Positions 62,689 through 64,000 of a stretch of DNA of 64,000 nt are shown here, piece by piece (the first letter of the stretch is position 1; each line of letters starts with the position of its first letter). The position numbers and the translations under genes are program-made. The stretch comes from Alphaproteobacteria bacterium (GTDB lineage: Bacteria; Pseudomonadota; Alphaproteobacteria; SHVP01), in assembly GCA_038116985.1 (NCBI GenBank), contig JAYOEZ010000008.1, positions 671-64,670 on the forward strand, written 5' to 3'. The notes under the pieces are model-generated. The model saw only the letters and a program-made list of their open reading frames with translations. It was not told where the DNA came from and did not search any database.

Positions 62689-63744
62689 ATGGACGCCTTT
62701 TCTCTTGTCCGGCCGCTGCTCTTCGCGCTCGATCCCGAGCAGGCGCATACCGTTACGCTGCGCGCGCTCAGGTTGGGCCTGGCGCGCGGATACCGCGGCA
62801 GGGCCTCCAATCGGCTTGCCCTCAAGCTCTTCGGTCTCGACTTTCCGAACCCTGTCGGCCTTGCCGCCGGATTCGACAAGGATGCCGCCGTCGCGTGCCC
62901 GATGCTGGGTCTCGGGCTAGGCTTCGTGGAGGCCGGTACCGTGACGCCCCGACCCCAGCCCGGCAATCCTCGCCCGCGACTCTTCCGACTTCGGCACGAC
63001 CGGGCCGTCATCAATCGACTCGGTTTCAACGGCAAGGGGCACGCGCAGTTCGACCGTAACTATGCGCGGCAAAAGGCCTCCTGCAATGGCGTCATCGGCG
63101 TCAATGTGGGCGCCAATCGCGACAGCGCGGATCCTATTGCCGACTATGTCGCCGGGATCGCGCGGTTCTCGCGAGCCGCCGACTACCTCGTCGTCAACAT
63201 CTCCTCGCCGAACACGCCCGGACTACGCGATCTTCAAAGCCGCGAGCACTTCACCGACCTTCTCGGTCGCATCGACGCCGCGCGACGCTGCGAGGCGCGC
63301 CGCCCGCCGCTCCTCGTCAAGATTGCGCCCGATCTCTCGGAGGCCGAGCTCGCGGCGATCGTCGAGATCGCCCTGGAAAAGAACATCGATGGTTTGATCG
63401 TCTCCAACACCACGATCGACCGCCCCGCATCGCTTCGCTCTCTGAATGCGAGCGAGACCGGCGGCCTTTCCGGCAAGCCCCTCTTCGAGCCGTCCACGGA
63501 AGTGCTTCGCAAGGTCTATCGACTGACGGAGGGCCGACTACCTCTCGTCGGGGTCGGCGGAATCGCCTCCGGCGACGACGCCTATGCCAAGATCAAGGCG
63601 GGCGCATCGCTCGTTCAGCTCTACACAGCGCTGATCTATGGCGGTCCGGCACTCGTCGGCGCCATTGTCTCGCGACTGGACACGCTCGCCGGACGGGACG
63701 GGCTCTCATCGATTAACGAGGCCATCGGAGTCGAGGCACGATGA
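62689..63744 (+). CDS. pyrD: Dihydroorotate dehydrogenase (quinone), class 2
   Basis: N-terminal membrane-association helix; GLAAGFDK, NISSPNTPGLR, SNTT, GVGGI motifs. Confidence 0.95.
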   Translation: MDAFSLVRPLLFALDPEQAHTVTLRALRLGLARGYRGRASNRLALKLFGLDFPNPVGLAAGFDKDAAVACPMLGLGLGFVEAGTVTPRPQPGNPRPRLFRLRHDRAVINRLGFNGKGHAQFDRNYARQKASCNGVIGVNVGANRDSADPIADYVAGIARFSRAADYLVVNISSPNTPGLRDLQSREHFTDLLGRIDAARRCEARRPPLLVKIAPDLSEAELAAIVEIALEKNIDGLIVSNTTIDRPASLRSLNASETGGLSGKPLFEPSTEVLRKVYRLTEGRLPLVGVGGIASGDDAYAKIKAGASLVQLYTALIYGGPALVGAIVSRLDTLAGRDGLSSINEAIGVEAR

Positions 63745-64000
63745 CGGCAATCCTGGGCGGCTTCTCCGAGGTCGCCGCCAACTACGACGTCGCGATTATC
63801 GATCTTTGGGGTGTCGTGCATGACGGGACAAAGCCCTATCCGGACGTGCTCGACTGTCTTGAGCGGATGAAGCAGTCAGGCAACCTGCGTCTGTTCCTGT
63901 CGAATGCGCCGCGGCGTGCGAGCGCTGTCATCGCCCAGATCGAGCGCATCGGTGTTCCGCCATCGGCCTATGATGGCGTGATCAGTTCGGGCGAAATAGC
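63741..64000 (+). CDS. HAD-superfamily hydrolase, subfamily IIA-like; 3' end cut by window edge
   Basis: ATGA overlap with pyrD. YDVAIIDLWGVVHDG motif I; LFLSNAPR. Confidence 0.7.
   Translation, partial: MTAILGGFSEVAANYDVAIIDLWGVVHDGTKPYPDVLDCLERMKQSGNLRLFLSNAPRRASAVIAQIERIGVPPSAYDGVISSGEI

Overview
This 64-kb window looks like ordinary core chromosome from a GC-rich bacterium. It is probably an alphaproteobacterium, inferred from the SAM-II-type metZ leader, class I LysRS, IMPase-type HisN, DUF2336, membrane-anchored cytochrome c and the ffs-dnaX-ybaB-recR and rpmH-rnpA-yidD-yidC-engB-argB syntenies. I call about 63 protein genes, packed with very little spacer.

Main gene content:
- A yejA-yejA-yejB-yejE-yejF peptide ABC importer with a duplicated binding protein.
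- Replication and recombination genes: dnaX, ybaB, recR, rmuC and an SRAP peptidase.
- def-fmt-truA and dapE-dapD.
- Arginine genes: argB, argD-argF and an argE-like gene.
- metZ-apaG-folE-trkH.
- ggt and a divergent DmpA-like peptidase.
- Two c-di-GMP proteins.
- An orphan sensor kinase.
- A TPR-GT41 (OGT-like) glycosyltransferase.
- lysK and pyrD.

Features missing from the ORF track are rpmH (44 codons, GTG start), SRP RNA (ffs) upstream of dnaX, tRNA-Arg(ACG), tRNA-Gly(CCC), and a promoter / SAM-II-like riboswitch / terminator unit in front of metZ.

I saw no mobile elements, integrases, CRISPR arrays, toxin-antitoxin pairs or recognisable defence islands. I cannot honestly point to a clear novel multi-gene system. 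The observations most worth a second look are all modest:
- Six convergent gene pairs whose two stop codons share one CTAG tetranucleotide.
- An HtrA-like protein whose nucleophile codon reads Trp.
- A TVP38 / flavoprotein reductase / orphan kinase / methyltransferase cluster.
- A diguanylate cyclase followed by DUF2336.
- An M17 peptidase translationally coupled to a GGCT-like protein, next to a GST.
- A PP-loop ATPase translationally coupled to recR.
- An AT-rich 327-bp spacer in front of a coiled-coil lipoprotein.

Many long ORFs in the track are antisense or alternative-frame shadows typical of high-GC DNA and were rejected.
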